From contig OZ076409.1 of NCBI GenBank assembly GCA_964187785.1, positions 18,912,001-18,976,000 of the forward strand: a DNA stretch of 64,000 nucleotides, read 5' to 3'. The position numbers were made by a program, and so were the translations under genes. Source of the DNA: Amphiscolops sp. MND2022 (Eukaryota). This document shows positions 61,341 to 64,000 of the stretch, piece by piece. Each line of letters opens with the position of its first letter. Within the stretch, counting starts at the first letter, position 1. The notes below the pieces were generated by a model. That model had not been told where the DNA came from. It saw only the letters and a list, made by a program, of their open reading frames with translations, and ran no database searches.

Positions 61341-61931
61341 AACAAGACGAGAACGTCTAAAGTCGGCGTTATATCTAAGGCTCAAAAAGCGCAAAACATT
61401 TTTTTGAAAATTTTTCTTCTTTGGAAAATGTCGCATAGTGCCGAAAAATGTAAAAGGGTGGAGCCTTTGAGCTCTATTAACATACATTCTGTTGCAAAAT
61501 AACAAAAAACTTGAAGGGGGACCCTTTGAGGACATTAAAAAATTTTCGACAAAAAGTCGCACGGTGCCGAAAAAAAATTGAAAGGGGACCCTTTAGTCTC
61601 GTCCGGTTTTGTAGGTTACCTTGAAAAAGTAATAAAAAATGAAATGGGGACGCTTTTCACTAAGTTTGCCTTGGCCGGACTTGGCCTTAGGTGGTTTCAG
61701 CGATGTTCCTAAAAAGTGGACCGATCCGATCAGTGTGAGTAATGTGGTCTGAAGAAAAAATAATGTCACTGCTATAGTCGGGCATTTATCCTTAAAAGGA
61801 AAACGCGCCGACTAAAAAAGGTCACTGCCATAGTCGGACATTTTTCCTTAAAAGGAAAACGCGCCGACTAAAAAAGGTCACTGCCATAGTCGGACATTTT
61901 TCCTTAAAAGGAAAACGCGCCGACTAAAAAG
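61341..61931 (-). mobile_element. HINE-like element in a nicastrin intron, with a triplicated 56-bp terminal hairpin
   Basis: Same subfamily end as 4362; tandem units start at 61765, 61821 and 61877. Confidence 0.75.
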
Positions 61932-62286
61932 ATACCCATCAATTACACCTTGAGCTACCCTCAAGAGCAATAGTTTATAGAGGGATATCGATGCAAAAAA
62001 ACTGTGCAAACATTCAAATTTACAAGGGGTTACACTTGATCATATATATATAGTGCTGCAGCGATAGTAGTTATTCAGTCGGTTAAAATGCCGAACGAAT
62101 TTTTAGCAGAACAAAATTGAATTCTCAAATAATATTGGGCGCACCACTCTGATACTGAGCAGCAAATGATGAAACTCTTCCTCTGAAACAAGCGGTCAGA
62201 GAAAACAAAAGATGAAAGCAAATTTTACAACTACCATTTGGTTATATTATCGTTTGGCTAAGGCAACGGCAACCACTAAGTCTAAC

Positions 62287-62474
62287 TTGTTATTGAAAGC
62301 ATGCAGATGATCGGAGATGACGGAGCCATGGAATTCTTGAGAGGAGGACTCTCTGAGGAACGACTGAAGAGACGAAGGCGGGAAATCAGAGAGTGCAGGT
62401 CCCTCTGTGAACTGAATCGGCTGGTTGAGTCTATTCTGCGACGATGATTTCAACGCATCCACAAACTCAGAATC
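62287..62474 (-). CDS. NCSTN: Nicastrin exon (DSEFVDALK...PPSSLQSFLR...ISDHLHAFNN)
   Basis: Conserved PPSSLQ.FLR and DH...F.N motifs, phase 0->2. Confidence 0.92.
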
Positions 62475-62866
62475 CTGTTTCAACACAAGCACGTTTACAA
62501 AAAGGGAGCAAAAAATTGAAAGATCAGCTCTCAATCAAGAGTCACTTCGATAAAAAACGAAAGGTAGGTCGAAATAAGGACGTAGTTCGATGCGTTTTAT
62601 TTTGTAACTTCGTTGCGTTAAAAATTGAATAGCGCTTCTGAGCAAATCAAGAGAACGCTGTTAAAACTTTTTGAAATTAGCGCCTATTAGTTTTTTAGCG
62701 TCGCAACAAAAAGAATTCATTACAAGACAATACAAACTACCGCCACAAAAATAATAAGAAAGATCGGAAAACAGGGTTCACTCTCAATACTTGATTCACC
62801 ATCAACGAATGAAAATCAAGAATTTGAATCGACACTTCAAACAGTAGAAAAAGTTCTTCTTTTCAC

Positions 62867-63064
62867 CTGGAATGCCTTGGAGGTGCTGTGGGAGAAAAGT
62901 TGGGAAGCGGTGGCATTGGCTAATTGCGACAGTTCAATGTAAGCTTTGATGTTGGTCATGTTCAGAGTTGCCATGCACCTGTGCTTGTCGGAAGGGTCGG
63001 TGGGAAACACACGCTGTGACATGTCATACACCACTCTCAAAGAACCTGAGTTGTCGTAGAATTC
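62867..63064 (-). CDS. NCSTN: Nicastrin exon (EFYDNSGSLRVVYDMSQRVFP...KAFQ)
   Basis: Corresponds to the human ETFDYIGSSRMVYDM region. cag/gtgaa boundaries, 198 nt. Confidence 0.92.
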
Positions 63065-63565
63065 CTGCAAAGACAATCTGCTGAGAATTTCAGTCGCGGA
63101 AAAAAGCTTAACTTTAGGCTGATTTCACGGAAAACTGTATAAAACACGGGATTTTGCGGACAAAAAACTGCTTTTTTCTGCATTAATTTTTTAAACTATA
63201 ATAGCAATTTTTCACAACTTTCTCGCAATCTACATTTAAATTTCTTAACGAAACAAGTTGGAAATAGTTTATTGGCATCGATTAGATCTCAAAATCTACC
63301 AACTTCATTAGGTAAAAATTGGCAAGAATATATTGTGAGTAAAATCTACGAAATGCCTTCAATGTTAATTTCTGCCATAATTTCTAGCTGTAATATTTTT
63401 TGAAATTATTTTGCATCTCCACATAAACTGAAAAGTTTAATTATTTAGGTGTATACTTTGAAAGAAGCGACTACTACTCTTTACTTTTTAATTATAGTAA
63501 AATTTTTGTCAATTTCGAAGTTTTTTCCGTCCAAAAAAGTTGGGTTACTTCGTGGATCAGCTTAC

Positions 63566-63724
63566 CCCATCGAAAGCAATGAAAACCACACTGGTATTCA
63601 CACGGTCAAGGTCATCAGCAAACGGCTTCAACAAGTGAATCACTTGCAACATTGCAAGAACGCCAGACGCATATGCTTGTGTGCCCAGAGGTGATAAGTC
63701 GTAGAAGTACGAGTTCGAATCTAC
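63566..63724 (-). CDS. NCSTN: Nicastrin exon (VDSNSYFYDLSP...VVFIAFDG)
   Basis: Nicastrin peptidase-like domain motifs 'RxDS.S.F..' and 'F..F.G'. 69-bp upstream intron, 159 nt, phase 0->0. Confidence 0.92.
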
Positions 63725-63793
63725 CTGCAAACGAAGTTTTTCAATAAGAGAAAAGAAATTGACAGAATTTTTCAAGTCGTAGTTAAAACTCAC

Positions 63794-63897
63794 CCGAGAG
63801 GCAATAATGATGACGGAGGAGTCCGAATAGTGCTGAAAGTTGGAGCGTGGCTTCAACTGACCGTAGCTATTAAGACCACCCAAAGCACTGCACTGAT
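63794..63897 (-). CDS. NCSTN: Nicastrin exon (QCSALGGLNSYGQLKP...IIIASR); upstream exons lie beyond the window
   Basis: Resembles the nicastrin 'C.PL...N....LKP' segment. cag/gtgag boundaries, phase 1->0. Confidence 0.85.
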
Positions 63898-64000
63898 CTG
63901 AAACCGAAATTGGACTTCAATTAATGCCAACTCAAATGAAAAATCTTTTACGGGCGTTAAGCAGCTGTTCTTAATTTTTAACCTTTTGCTCACTGAAAAT

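Noticed and set aside
61765..61931. CRISPR-like palindromic repeats
   Set aside because: Units are contiguous with no unique spacers, the context is eukaryotic, and there are no cas genes.

Overview
AT-rich, repeat-dense eukaryotic (animal-type) DNA; the species cannot be determined from the sequence alone. There are two spliced host genes, both on the minus strand. One is the 5' part of an ABCA-subfamily transporter (7 coding exons, 34296->5463, continuing off the left edge). The other is the 3' part of nicastrin (8 exons, 63897->57524). All splice phases are consistent. ABCA intron 4 holds a 16.2-kb Ty3/Gypsy LTR retrotransposon (9361-25567, + strand). It has 773-bp LTRs differing at about 2 positions, a tRNA-Arg-type PBS, a ~4.5-kb leader with three diverged ~720-bp repeats, and a disrupted gag-pol. 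Its pol continues past integrase into what look like two tandem TARG1/OARD1-like macrodomains, which is the most interesting feature of the window. Also present: a decayed Mag-like Gypsy nested in the end of a MITE, an internally deleted hAT element with a perfect 8-bp TSD, a Tc1 remnant, many Helentron/DINE-like non-autonomous elements, a perfect 182-bp palindrome and diverged satellites. Homology calls come from by-eye motif recognition, not database searches.
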